Shown here in pieces: positions 52,614 through 64,000 of a stretch of 64,000 nt of DNA. The stretch comes from Octopus vulgaris (Eukaryota). Each line of letters starts with the position of its first letter. Position 1 is the first letter of the stretch. The notes below the pieces were generated by a model. It was not told the DNA's origin, did not search any database, and was given only the letters and a program-made list of their open reading frames with translations. A program made the position numbers and the translations under genes. The DNA lies in the NCBI GenBank assembly GCA_951406725.2, contig OX597838.1:23126001-23190000 (forward strand). Direction: 5' to 3'.

Positions 52614-52712
52614 CTGGAGGAGGTAGTACTGCCCTGGGTCAAGAGGGTGGCTGCTGGAAGACCCTATGTCTGGCAACTGGACTCTGCACCATGCCACACA
52701 AGCAGGAGAACC
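52614..52712 (+). pseudogene. Tc1/mariner transposase fragment (second catalytic Asp region)
   Basis: LEEVVLPWVKRVAAGRPYVWQLDSAPCHTSRRT, a QQDxAPxH-like motif. Confidence 0.75.
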
Positions 52713-53133
52713 AAAGCCTTGCGGGTGCATTTGGTACATGGAAACTGAAAGAAACCCATATATATGTATGTGTTTGTGTGTCTGTGTTTGTCACCCCAAC
52801 ATCGCTTGACCACCACCACCACCACCACCACCATTGCCATTTCATAGGTGCAGACATGACTGTGTGGTAAGAAGTTTGGTTCCCAACCATTTGGTTCTGG
52901 GTTCAGCCCCACTGCATGTCACCTTGGAGAAGTGTCTTCTATTTTATAATCATCATCGTCATCAACATCGTGACCATCATAATCATCATAATCATCGCCA
53001 CCACCACCACCACCACCAACATCATTATCATGATCATCATCACGATCACCATCATGATCATCATCATAATCATCATCACCACCACCACCACCACCACCAC
53101 CACCACAAACATCATTATCATCATCACGATCAC

Positions 53134-53169
<36 letters not shown>

Positions 53170-55064
53170 AAAATGTGTAACTGGTACTTATTTTATCGAC
53201 CTCAAAAGGATGAAAGGCAAAGTTGACCTCGGGGGAATTCAAACTCAAAATGTAAAGATGGATGAAATGCCACTAAGCATTTTGTCCAATGGGCTAACAA
53301 TTCTGTCAACTCTCCATCTTAATATACATATTGTAGGCTCAGGCATGGCTGTGTGATAAGATGCTTGCTTACCAACCACATGGTCTCGGGTTCAGTCCCA
53401 CTGCATGACACCTCGGGCAGGTGTCTTCTACTATAGCCTCGGGCCGACCAAAGCCTTGTGAGTGGGTTTGGTACATGGAAACTGAAAGAAGCCCATATAT
53501 GTGTATATGTTTGTGTGTCTGTGTTTGTCACCCCAACATCGCTTGACCACCACCACCACCACCACCATTGCCACCACCATTACTCACTACAGCCACCACC
53601 ACCACTACCATCACCACCACTACTATCACCACCACCGCCATCACCACCATCACCAAATGCAAGGGATTCTGTGGTGTTCAGACCTTTCCCGAGGATATTA
53701 AGCGATGACATAAGAGAGGTGAGTTGTTAAACAAGAATCCTGTCTTCAATACAACAACAACAACAACAACAACATTAATGGATCGATACAGAATATGAAC
53801 AATAGCGTTGGTTGGGGTGGGGTTGTCACGACAATTATCATGATGGTAATGGTGATGATGATGATGATGATGATAACAATGGCAATGATGAAGGTGGGTG
53901 GTGGTTGTGGTTATGGTGGTGGTGGTGAAGATGATGGTGATGATGGTGGTGATGGTGGTGGTGGCAGTGGCGGCAGTTGTGGTGGTGGATGATGATGATG
54001 ACGACGATGATGATGATGATGATGATGATGGTGTTGATGGTGATGATGATAGTGGTGGTAGTGGGCAACAGTCATGGTGGCAGTAGTTACAGTGGCAGCC
54101 GCAGTGGCAGTGGTGGGTGATGATGATGATGATGATGATGATGATGACATGATGATGATGATGATGATGGCGGCGGCGGTGGTGATGGTAGAGGTGGTGA
54201 TAAGGATGATGGTGGTGATGACAATGAAATATAGATGAATGATGAACCATCAAAATAAAGATGTCTTGTAGTGGTGCAACAAACCCACCCCCCTACCGCC
54301 CACCCCACCTCCACAGATGACATTGTTTCTATTGTTTTTGTTGTTGTTCTGGTGGTGGTGGTGGAGGAGATATGATATTGATGATGTTGATGATGGTGGG
54401 GTGTTGATGATGGTCATATTGATGACCATCATGATGGAGACGACGATTGTGATTTTGATAAATGTGATAATGATGACAACGACGACGATGATGATGATGG
54501 TGATCGTGATGATGATGATGGTGATCGTGATGATAATGATGATGGTGGTGGTGGTGATGATTATGATGATTATGATGATGACGATGTTGATGACAATGAT
54601 GCTGTTGATGATGATGATGATCATGATGGTGAATGTGATGATGATGATGATAATGATGTTTGTGGTGGTGGTGGTGATGATTATGATGATTATGATGATT
54701 ATGATGATGACGATGTTGATGACGATGATGATGATGATGATGGCAATGTTGATGATCATGATGATGATGAAAGTAGTGGTGGAGGCAGCGGTAGCCGTCC
54801 TGATGGCGGTGACAGTGTGGTGATAGTTGTGTGGTGATGACGATGATGATGACGATGATGACGATGATGATGGTGATGGTGTTAGAAGGGAAATGTCGGC
54901 AAATCTTGAAAACGTGCAGCGAAGCCATCTTGTGCAGATGATTCATCTGAGGATGGATCAATTTATTAATGTCTATGTGTGCACCTGATTGCATGTGTGA
55001 GTGCACGTTAGCATGTGTGCGTGTGCATTTCAAAGAACACGCACATGTGTGTGTGTGTGTGTGT

Positions 55065-55102
<38 letters not shown>

Positions 55103-55145
55103 GTCCATGTATGTATATAGTGTGTTTGTGTGTGTCTAAATAGAT

Positions 55146-55182
<37 letters not shown>

Positions 55183-55279
55183 CACACACACATGCTCCAG
55201 CACAGCCACAGTCAAATGACTGAAACAAGAAAGAGAATAAAAGAATTTATATATATATATATATATAAATGTAAGTGCA

Positions 55280-55331
<52 letters not shown>

Positions 55332-55349
55332 AATGTATGTATGTGTGCG

Positions 55350-55386
<37 letters not shown>

Positions 55387-55593
55387 TTATGTGTGTGTGT
55401 ATATATCAATATATGTATATATATATATATGTATATCTTTTGATAAATATATCCTATCACCTACACCACTAGCTGGCATATACAGGTGCTTACAGTTATC
55501 AAGTATTCACCCTGAATTTTATGTATATATATATATGTGTGTATATATATGCATAAATGTATGTATGTATCTATGTGTGTGTGTATATATATG

Positions 55594-55626
<33 letters not shown>

Positions 55627-55650
55627 GTGTGTGTGTATATATACATATGT

Positions 55651-55690
<40 letters not shown>

Positions 55691-55765
55691 TCATCATCAT
55701 CATTTAGCGTCCGTTTTCCATGCTATCATGGTTTAAAGGACGTTCAACTGGGGTCTGTGAAGCCG

Positions 55766-55822
<57 letters not shown>

Positions 55823-55823
55823 T

Positions 55824-55854
<31 letters not shown>

Positions 55855-57004
55855 TATATTATATACATAGAGATGTATATATATGTACATGTATGTGTAT
55901 ATGTGGACTGACACACATGCACATTCATACATGCTTACACATACAGACACATTCATAAGCACTTACATGAGTGTATATTTGTAGGTATGTGCATATATAT
56001 ATATGCATGTATGTATATACATATGCATGCTTTTACATTTGTGTATATATCTATATATATATATATATATGCATATAGTGCATATATGTGTGCATGAATG
56101 TGTGTGTGTGTGTGTATGTATGCATGAATGTATGATTGTATATCTGCACACACACACACACACATACACACACATACACACACACACACACATGCATATA
56201 TTTATGTTTATATCTTTACTCATTTTCCAACCTCCAATTGACACAAGATCAAAATGATACCATATGTGACCATCCCTCCTCTTTTCAAGAATAACATACC
56301 TTGAATACATTGTCCTATGTGTTCTTCTTCTTTTAGATTGTAGGATGTGGTTTGAGAAAGATCTTGCTGCTACTTCTAGCAAATAGTATGACCATGTAGT
56401 GACTCATCTTGTGTCATAAGTAGAATTGACAGTTGAAATCAAGGATGATTCTAGCATGGTGCTGGCAGTGGTGGTGGGGGTGGGGGTGGGGCGGGGGTTA
56501 GTGTTGGGGTGGTGCTGGTGGTAGTAGAAGTGGAGACAGTTAGTTATAGAGTGTTGGTAGTTGTGGTGATGGTGGTTGTGGTAGAGGTAGACAAGGTGAT
56601 GGGTAGCAGTAACAGTGGTGGTTGTGATGGTAGCGGCAGTAGTGGTGGTAGTAACAGTTATCTGCAATGATTTTATTTGAAAGCCTGAGCTGTGAAGGTT
56701 ACAGATGATGTGAAAACATTCTCTTGCTCTCTTAACCTTTTTCACTTTCATAGAAACCTCACTGAGACCATCATTGCTTCGATGACTTCAACTTCTTGTT
56801 TTAACCCTTTAGTGCTCAGATTAATCTGTTAAATGTAATACTTTTTTCACTCTCAAATTATTTTCAATTAATCATACATTATCTTACAGCTTTGAAGTTT
56901 CGATGGTGCGATAGTTTATTCGTAGAATGTCAATGTAGGTTAGGTGTGAGGGGCTAGATATGGCCAGTTTGAATGTAAAACATGTAGGATATTTGGGCCA
57001 GATA

Positions 57005-57236
57005 CGGCGGCGAGCTGGCAGAATCATTAGCACGCCGGGCGAAATGCGTAGGCGTATTTCGTCTGCCGTTACGTTCTGAGTTCAAATTCCGCCGAGGTCG
57101 ACTTTGCCTTTCATCTTTTCGGGGTCGATACATTAAGTACCAGTTACGCACTGGGGTCGATATAATCGACTTAATCCGTTTGTCTGTCCTTGTTTGTCCT
57201 CTCTTTGTTTAGCCCCTTGTGGGTAGTAAAGAAATA
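57005..57236 (+). mobile_element. SINE family B copy inserted in a family E MITE
   Basis: Full family B body with the duplicated flank GATATTTGGGC. Confidence 0.82.
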
Positions 57237-57883
57237 GATATTTGGGCTGAATATGGCTGGCTTAAACACCAAAGGGTTAAAGTGATCTAAATTAAAAACT
57301 TCTGTCAAAATTTTGCATTGATTTATGTTCCAAACACCGTTTAATAATACCAAAATTATTTTACTAAATACTTACCTATTTCCAAACTTAATTGAAATAA
57401 AGACAGTTTATTATTTCAACAGAAATACAGTTACAAAAGAGTTAAGGAAGCAGAAAAATATCTGAAATTCCTCAAAGGGGTTGGTTTCAAGGATAACTGT
57501 CACCTCATCAAAGAAAATACAACTTTATTTTTTAGCTAGCAATCTAAATCTCTATATATATTGCTGCAGCAGATACAGCAACAGTACATATTTTGTTTGA
57601 TAGGGGGCGCTGTCATGACTAAATCTATCATCATCCTGGGAATATGGGTTCTTACTTTAGACAGATCAAGTCACTAGCAATTAAAGTGCCAATGATATAT
57701 TCCTGTGGTGTAAAAAATTTGTCAGACTTTGGAAAGGGGATGGTGAAAATGTGTGTGCTGGAAAGTGAAAGAAAAACAGAGAGAGAGAAAATCCAAATGA
57801 ATGCTACTTACTGCACACACATACACACACTCATGCACATACAAACACTATTGATGTACACATACATTCACACGACACATATG

Positions 57884-57938
<55 letters not shown>

Positions 57939-58321
57939 TATACACACACACACACATATTTATACGAATGACAATTAGCTGTGCATGTCTATGTGTACAT
58001 ACCATTAGCATTTGTATGTGTGACAACTAAAAGATGACTTTTTTATGAATAATATTGATTATCTTCAAGTTATAAATGTATAAAATATTCTGTTTGGCAT
58101 TTTCAGTCATTTTTTTAAATGTATTCAATTTATTCTGTTGTGTTGTATGTATGTAACTAGGTACAGTATACATTGCAATATATATATGTATATATATATT
58201 ATTAGCTTAAAAGCTGTCCTACCAGGCGGCTTTTTAAGCTAGCTCCTATGGAGGGCTTTTCATTAGGATTTGGGCCCAACAATGACACTTCATGCATTGA
58301 GTACATATTAAATTTTATTAA

Positions 58322-58787
58322 CCCTTTCCTTACCAACCCAGCTGAAACCGGCTCTGGCTCTGAGTACAAATGTCTCATCTCTGTAAGATTTGAATGAAAA
58401 TCTTCCACCAAACCTTAGTCACAATTTATGTTCCTAACACTAGCTTAATGATAACTAAGTTATTTTACTATATTCTTTGCTATATTTAGAATTAATTGAA
58501 AGAAACACAGAGCATCTCAACAGAAATATGGTAACAAAAGGGTTAACGTCACCACGATATTTTCAACCCTTTTGATGCCAACCCGACTGAAACCAGCTCT
58601 GGCTCTGTAGTACAAATGTCTTGTTTTCATAAGTTTTGAATTAAAATCTTCCATCAAACCTTAGTCACAATTTATGTTCCTAACACTAGCTGAATGATAA
58701 CTAAGTTATTTTACTAAATTCTTTGTTACATTTAATGTAATTGAAAGAAACACAGAGCATCTCAAAATAAATACGGTAACGACAGGG
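58322..58787. mobile_element. Two adjacent piggyBac-like MITE copies (family F)
   Basis: Copies at 58322-58542 and 58567-58787 with CCC...GGG termini and TTAA flanks. Confidence 0.78.
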
Positions 58788-59371
58788 TTAAACTTGAGCA
58801 ATATTTTTCAAGCAAGGAACAATTTCCATCAAAACAATGATATAATTCATCAACTTGGAACTTATTGCAAAGCTACACGAGAAACACTTCTTTGTTTGTC
58901 TTCCCATCCGGGGGATCAGTATAATTATTTTTTTCTAACCTTTCTCTCTCTCTTCTCCTGTTGATTGTTTTCAACCATCACCACCACAACTGCCACACAC
59001 ACACACACCATTCAGACTTCTGACGCCACCACCATCAATACCTTCGACTTTGCCACCTTCCCCTCCACTACTATCACCACTGCCTTTCACATCGCTTACT
59101 CTCACCGTCATCGCTGACCACCAAAACCACCATCACCGCCACCTTCACCTCTATCACAACTACAGCTCATACTACTGCTATCATCCAATTACTATCACAG
59201 AAAGGCTAATTGTGTGTGTGTGTGTTTGTTCAGTATGTTATGGAGATGGAGTCCACTTGTGCAAAGGGGATGGCTATTGTGAGTGGGACTACAACAGTGG
59301 AGCAGGGACACCAATTGTAAAATTTGAGGGGTCACTAAGAATGACAGCAGATATGAGAGGTACATTATTTA

Positions 59372-59625
59372 CATTATTTACATTCTATGGATATTTGTCA
59401 TCATCTTGTTTGTTGTTAACACATTTCAGCTGATATACCCTCCAGCCTTCTTCAGGTGCCTTGGGGGAAATTTTGAACCTGGGTTCTCATTCCTAAAGTA
59501 TTTTTGTGATGTTATTATTATTATTATTATTGTTATTGTTCACGTCACTGCTTGGAATTGAACTCGGAATCTTGGGGTTAGTAGTCCATGCTCTTAACCA
59601 CTGCGCCATATGCCCATGGGCATAT
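59372..59625 (-). mobile_element. Second, uninterrupted copy of the tRNA-head/HHR-like-tail element
   Basis: A box at 59598-59608, B box at 59554-59565, (AAT)n linker and HHR-like motif at 59418-59460. Colinear with 20431-20583 plus 21194-21292. Confidence 0.8.
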
Positions 59626-59789
59626 AAGAGGTATTGAAGATGAGGTACAGCAGGCCTAAGATGTGGCTCAGAGGAGAAGGGAGAGATAGCAGATATTTCA
59701 TCACATGTTTTCATGTGGTGGGGGATGCGGTGCTCTCTGCCACCATTGACCTCGACTTGGTTTTCGGTGGACTATCACTGGGTGCACAG

Positions 59790-59965
59790 TGACTGATGGC
59801 TGAAAATTTTATGCAGTGAAGAAGACCGGTTGGTAAAACAAAGTTTGGGGAGAGATGAGAATGAGGGATGTTAATAGGAAGTGGTTCCAAGAGCAGAAGG
59901 CCGTAATTGGTTGAGCAAAAAAAAAAATTGGAGGATTATATATGTTCTGATTCTGCTCTCGAATG
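59790..59965 (-). pseudogene. Continuation of the Penelope-like ORF remnant
   Basis: Degenerate motifs NIYNPP and SSLHKIFSH follow the 60572-60811 fragment on the same strand, separated from it by two insertions. Confidence 0.5.
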
Positions 59966-60455
59966 ATTACAGCAGCTAAGTGGAGGCACAATGGCCCAGT
60001 GGTTAGGGCAGTGGACTCGCGGTTGTAAGAACGTGGTTTCGATTCCCAGACCGAACATTGTGTTTATTGAGCAAAACCACCTAAGCTCCATGAGGCTCTG
60101 GGGGTGGGGGCAGTGAACCCCACTGTACACTTTCACCACAACTTTCTCTCACTCTTTCTTCCTACTTCTGCCACAAAGCAGAGGAACCATGGTGTAACCC
60201 ACTATGGTGTGGTAAAACTTTCAGACCCTAGTCTAGATTGTGAATCCTCTGTACCTCAGGATGGTTCAGCTCTCCACCCGTTAAAAGCCACCATTTATGG
60301 AAAGAGGATAACAACATAGCTTTCGCATCCCGTGCAACCGCTAGCCTATCATGTGTGGTGGGTGGATCTTCAAGTTGCCACACACATTCTTAGTAGATTA
60401 GAGTAGGCTCGAATTAGAGATTATTCTTTGTGGCTAATGGCGTGAGTCCTGATTG

Positions 60456-60540
60456 GAAGAAGAAGAAGAAGAAGAAGAAGAAGAAGAAGAAGAAGAAGAA
60501 GAAGAAGAAGAAGAAGAAGAAGAAGAAGAAGAAGAAGAAG

Positions 60541-60570
<30 letters not shown>
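60456..60570. repeat. Pure (AAG)n, ~38 units
   Basis: Directly visible. Probably the tail of the unclassified element at about 60170-60455. Confidence 0.92.
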
Positions 60571-60571
<1 letters not shown>

Positions 60572-60811
60572 GGTCCCAAAATCTGCTAGCAGCTAGTGCT
60601 TCATTATAGTGCATCAAAGATCTCTTGGCTAGAGAAAAGGTTCTTGCTGACACCCTTCACCTGCTTTTGGAACATAATGGATGGATGGCAAGAGGCTGTG
60701 TAGATTGATGTATGCTAGCCCCTCATTTGGTTTGCGGTAGGGCCTGAATGTACCAGAGCCCAAGTTGAGCATGACATCTAAGAAGTCCACAGTGGTGAGA
60801 TTGGTCTCGAT
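60572..60811 (-). pseudogene. Penelope-like reverse transcriptase remnant (end of RT/thumb)
   Basis: IETNLTTVDFLDVMLNLGSGTFRPYRKPNEGLAYINLHS...YNEALAASRF with frameshifts. FLDV..L..G...PYRKP is typical of Penelope-like RTs. Confidence 0.75.
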
Positions 60812-61177
60812 CCCATAGAACCAAGGGTGCTAATTATATCTTTCCTAAGCCTGTCCAGGGCGTGCCCATTGGCTCCTCTGGATATGGCCAGTGCTCCAGC
60901 ATGACCGCTGTCAGAGGACTGAAACAAGTGAAAAATTAAATAAATAATACACACACAGAGGTGGGGAGGGGGTGATGCAAACAGAAAAAATAGAGCTCAA
61001 AACATGAATATATATATACGCTTTTTTTATTAACAGTGAATGAAATAACAGAGCGACTCCGGGAAGTGAGTTTCGTTCAAGAAACTCTTGATCCTTGAGT
61101 CATTTTCTATTTTTTGCCGATTATTTATGAAAACAAAAAAGAAGAGACTATCGAATGTAACATGTAAAGGCAGAATA

Positions 61178-61678
61178 TCTTTATATATAAAAGAGAAGTT
61201 GTGTGTCTGTCTCCTACGATTTAGATTCCTAACTACTCCCACATTTTGCAGTGCAGTGTAACAAAAAGCGTATCTTATAGTCGTGATTCATATCGAGCCT
61301 TTCTGGGTATTAGCGCGCATCTACGATGAGTCTACGATTTTAAAAATAATTTACCATAATTTTTTTTCATTTTAAAGCATTTTTTCGCTATTATATAAGG
61401 GAAGTAACTCTCTAAAAATGTCTACGATGAGTCAACGATTTAAAAAAAAATTTACCATAATTTTTTTTCATTTTAAAGCATTTTTTCGCTATTATATAAG
61501 GGAAGTAACTCTCTAAAAATGTCTACGATGAGTTAACGATTTAAAAAAAAATTTACCATCATTTTTTTTTCCCATTTTTAATGCATTTTTTTTTGTTATT
61601 TTTCGGCTATAACTCTCTAAAAATGCTTATATAGTTATTTCCCTTACAAACCCGAGCAACGCCGGGCGATACTGCTAG
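61178..61678 (+). mobile_element. Non-autonomous Helitron with internal ~101-bp tandem repeats
   Basis: Start A|TC, subterminal hairpin CCCGAGCAACGCCGGG, end CTAG|T, no TSD. Three internal units at about 61321-61620. Confidence 0.85.
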
Positions 61679-62013
61679 TATATAATATTTTATTGTCTGT
61701 GAAAACTACAGGAGCGACTTTGGGCCAAGTTTCCTGCCAAGACACTTGTCAAAGATCACGTGCTTCGACAGGAAACTCTTGGTCCTTGAGTTGCTCCTTG
61801 AGTGCTATCAGGTTATAAAGAAGTTGATGCACACATGTATGTATATATGTGAATGCGTGTGTGTGTGTATATATATATATTTATAGTATATATAGTGCCG
61901 TTACATACGTCAGTGTAACAAGGCAAAGGCCTCTGATGGCCTCATCGAATGTTTTTAGCCTACCAAAAATAAAATGACGTGTCATTCTTTGGCAGCATAT
62001 GAATGAATTAAAT

Positions 62014-62056
<43 letters not shown>

Positions 62057-62409
62057 TTATATATATAGATAGGTAGGCAGATAGAGAAAGAGAGAGAGAG
62101 AGATTTGTTGACTGAGCGGATTCACGCAGTGGTATAACGCACGCACACACACCCATGCATTAACCGAAGCCGTCAACAGGTTTTGTGAATGTCGTAAAAC
62201 GGCAAGTCTTGCTTTTTCTCTTTCTCTCTCCGCCCTCGCCTCACTCTCTCTCTCTCTCACATACACTCACACTTGTACTCATGCATAAGTACATGTATAT
62301 AACGGAATATGTAGGAACGAAATGTATTCTGTAATAAAAAAAGAAAAACGAAACGAAATTTTATTTTAAGATGTAGGATCGTTGTTTATATACACACCCA
62401 CCTCTATCC

Positions 62410-62464
<55 letters not shown>

Positions 62465-63241
62465 GTATGAAAACTTACACATTATATATATATATATATA
62501 TATATATATAATGTATGAAAACTTACACATTATATAATACATTACCTAGAGATTCTTTTAAATTTTATTCCACAATTCCTGTTATATTTGTGGGTTTGTT
62601 TTGTGTAAAAGATCCGCCTCTTCTACCTTCTTTCACTACATATATTTACATCTTTCTTTGGTAGGGGGTGGGATTGGAAGGAAAAGCAAAAAGAGAAAGA
62701 GAGAGAAAGGGCGAGAGGAACCACCTCCCGTATGTACACACACATATAAATAAAAAGATTATATATAATTTGTTCTTCATCGTCTCTATTCATTTATCCG
62801 TCTGGATTTTATTATATTGTTGTCCTTACCTTTTTTTTTAATTTTCCGAAGCCTCTGTGTGTGTGTATGTGTTTATGTAAGTGTATGAGTGTGTATCTGT
62901 GTCAATGTACGCGTGCTTGTGTGTGTATATATATATATATAAATATATACAAGCGCGTGTGTTTGTGTATGTGTGTGTGTGTGTATAATTGCGTGTGAGT
63001 GTGAGAGTGTGTATGTATGTGTGTGTGTGAGAGTGTGTATGTATGTGAGTGTGTGTGTCTACGTTAAGCGTATGTACGCACGCGTATCTGTGTGTTTTTT
63101 TTACGACAGTCGACAGCCGGTACTAAGCGGGGTTCCTTCCTTCCTCCCGTGTGTGTGTGTGTGTGTGTTGTTTGCACCAGTTTTTCTGTTTTTGTTTGAC
63201 GCTGATGGCGTTGGTAGGTCGTCAGATTTGGCACCTCTGAC

Positions 63242-63376
63242 ATGTCTACAAGCAAAACGACAACAACGATATCAAGAAACTACACCAGCAGTGATATCGA
63301 GAAGGACTACCCTCTACACTGGCTCGTCTGGACCAATAACTACCAGGAGCTAGAAAAGGAGCTAAGTAAAAGTACG
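63242..63376 (+). CDS. ANKRD13: First coding exon of ankyrin repeat domain-containing protein 13 (ANKRD13A/B/D-like)
   Basis: MSTSKTTTTISRNYTSSDIEKDYPLHWLVWTNNYQELEKELSKST is followed by a phase-0 donor ACG|GTGAGT at 63377. YPLHxLVWxNxYxxLEKEL matches the ANKRD13A N-terminus (YPLHLLVWKNDYRQLEKEL). Confidence 0.92.
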
Positions 63377-63582
63377 GTGAGTGAGTTTTCGTTCGGCTTT
63401 TTTCGCCGTGTTCCATTCACTTTTCCACTCTTTTTTACGATGAGACGACGACACGGTCACACACTTCTTGTTGCTCGAAATGTGTGTGTCTATAATAAAT
63501 ATATATATATATATATGTAATGCCTACAGGTATGTATATTCTATGCATGGATGGAGGAATGAATGTGTGTCTGCTCTTACCT

Positions 63583-63613
63583 GTATATATATATACATAT
63601 ATATATGTATATG

Positions 63614-63644
<31 letters not shown>

Positions 63645-63659
63645 GTATATATATGTATG

Positions 63660-63696
<37 letters not shown>

Positions 63697-63703
63697 GTGT
63701 ATG

Positions 63704-63769
<66 letters not shown>

Positions 63770-63785
63770 TGTATGTATATGTATG

Positions 63786-63818
<33 letters not shown>

Positions 63819-63825
63819 GTATATG

Positions 63826-63856
<31 letters not shown>

Positions 63857-64000
63857 GTATATGTAAGTATATATGTATATATATGTATATGTAAGTATAT
63901 ATGTATATATATGTATATGTAAGTATATATGTATATGTAAGTATATATGTATATATATGTATATGTAAGTATATATGTATATGTAAGTATATATGTATAT
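63583..64000. repeat. TA/TATG compound microsatellite in ANKRD13 intron 1
   Basis: Directly visible. Confidence 0.9.

Noticed and set aside
57597-57612. TAGGGGGCGCTG, CTCF-like motif (also CCTCCAGAGGCGC near 36693-36706)
   Set aside because: The 5' CC is missing or the spacing is off by one, and such single short matches are expected by chance.

Overview
This is an AT-rich, microsatellite- and SINE-dense animal genomic window. The repeat landscape points to an octopus (inference from repeat style, not from a search). Almost all entries in the ORF track are translated simple repeats. I recognise two host genes, each only from its first coding exon, and they are divergently oriented. A GIT-family ArfGAP lies on the minus strand (12871-12928, MSRGNIRITAEVCADCSAP|gtaagt), probably with a ~1.8 kb 5' UTR in the same exon and further non-coding exons near 30.5-32.5 kb. 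An ANKRD13-family gene lies on the plus strand (63242-63376, ...YPLHWLVWTNNYQELEKELSKST|gtgagt). The rest is tRNA-derived SINEs, RTE/CR1/Penelope-like LINE remnants, Tc1/mariner remnants, several MITE types, a Helitron, Helentron-like elements and tandem repeats. The most notable signal is a set of at least five unrelated minimal hammerhead-ribozyme (HHR) motifs in short elements that look Penelope-related, often next to (TA)n. One has a fully canonical core (48406-48489, minus strand). In another family, a tRNA-like Pol III head plus an HHR-like tail sits directly after a Penelope-type endonuclease C-terminus. All assignments were made by eye, and repeat boundaries are approximate unless a TSD or TIR is quoted.
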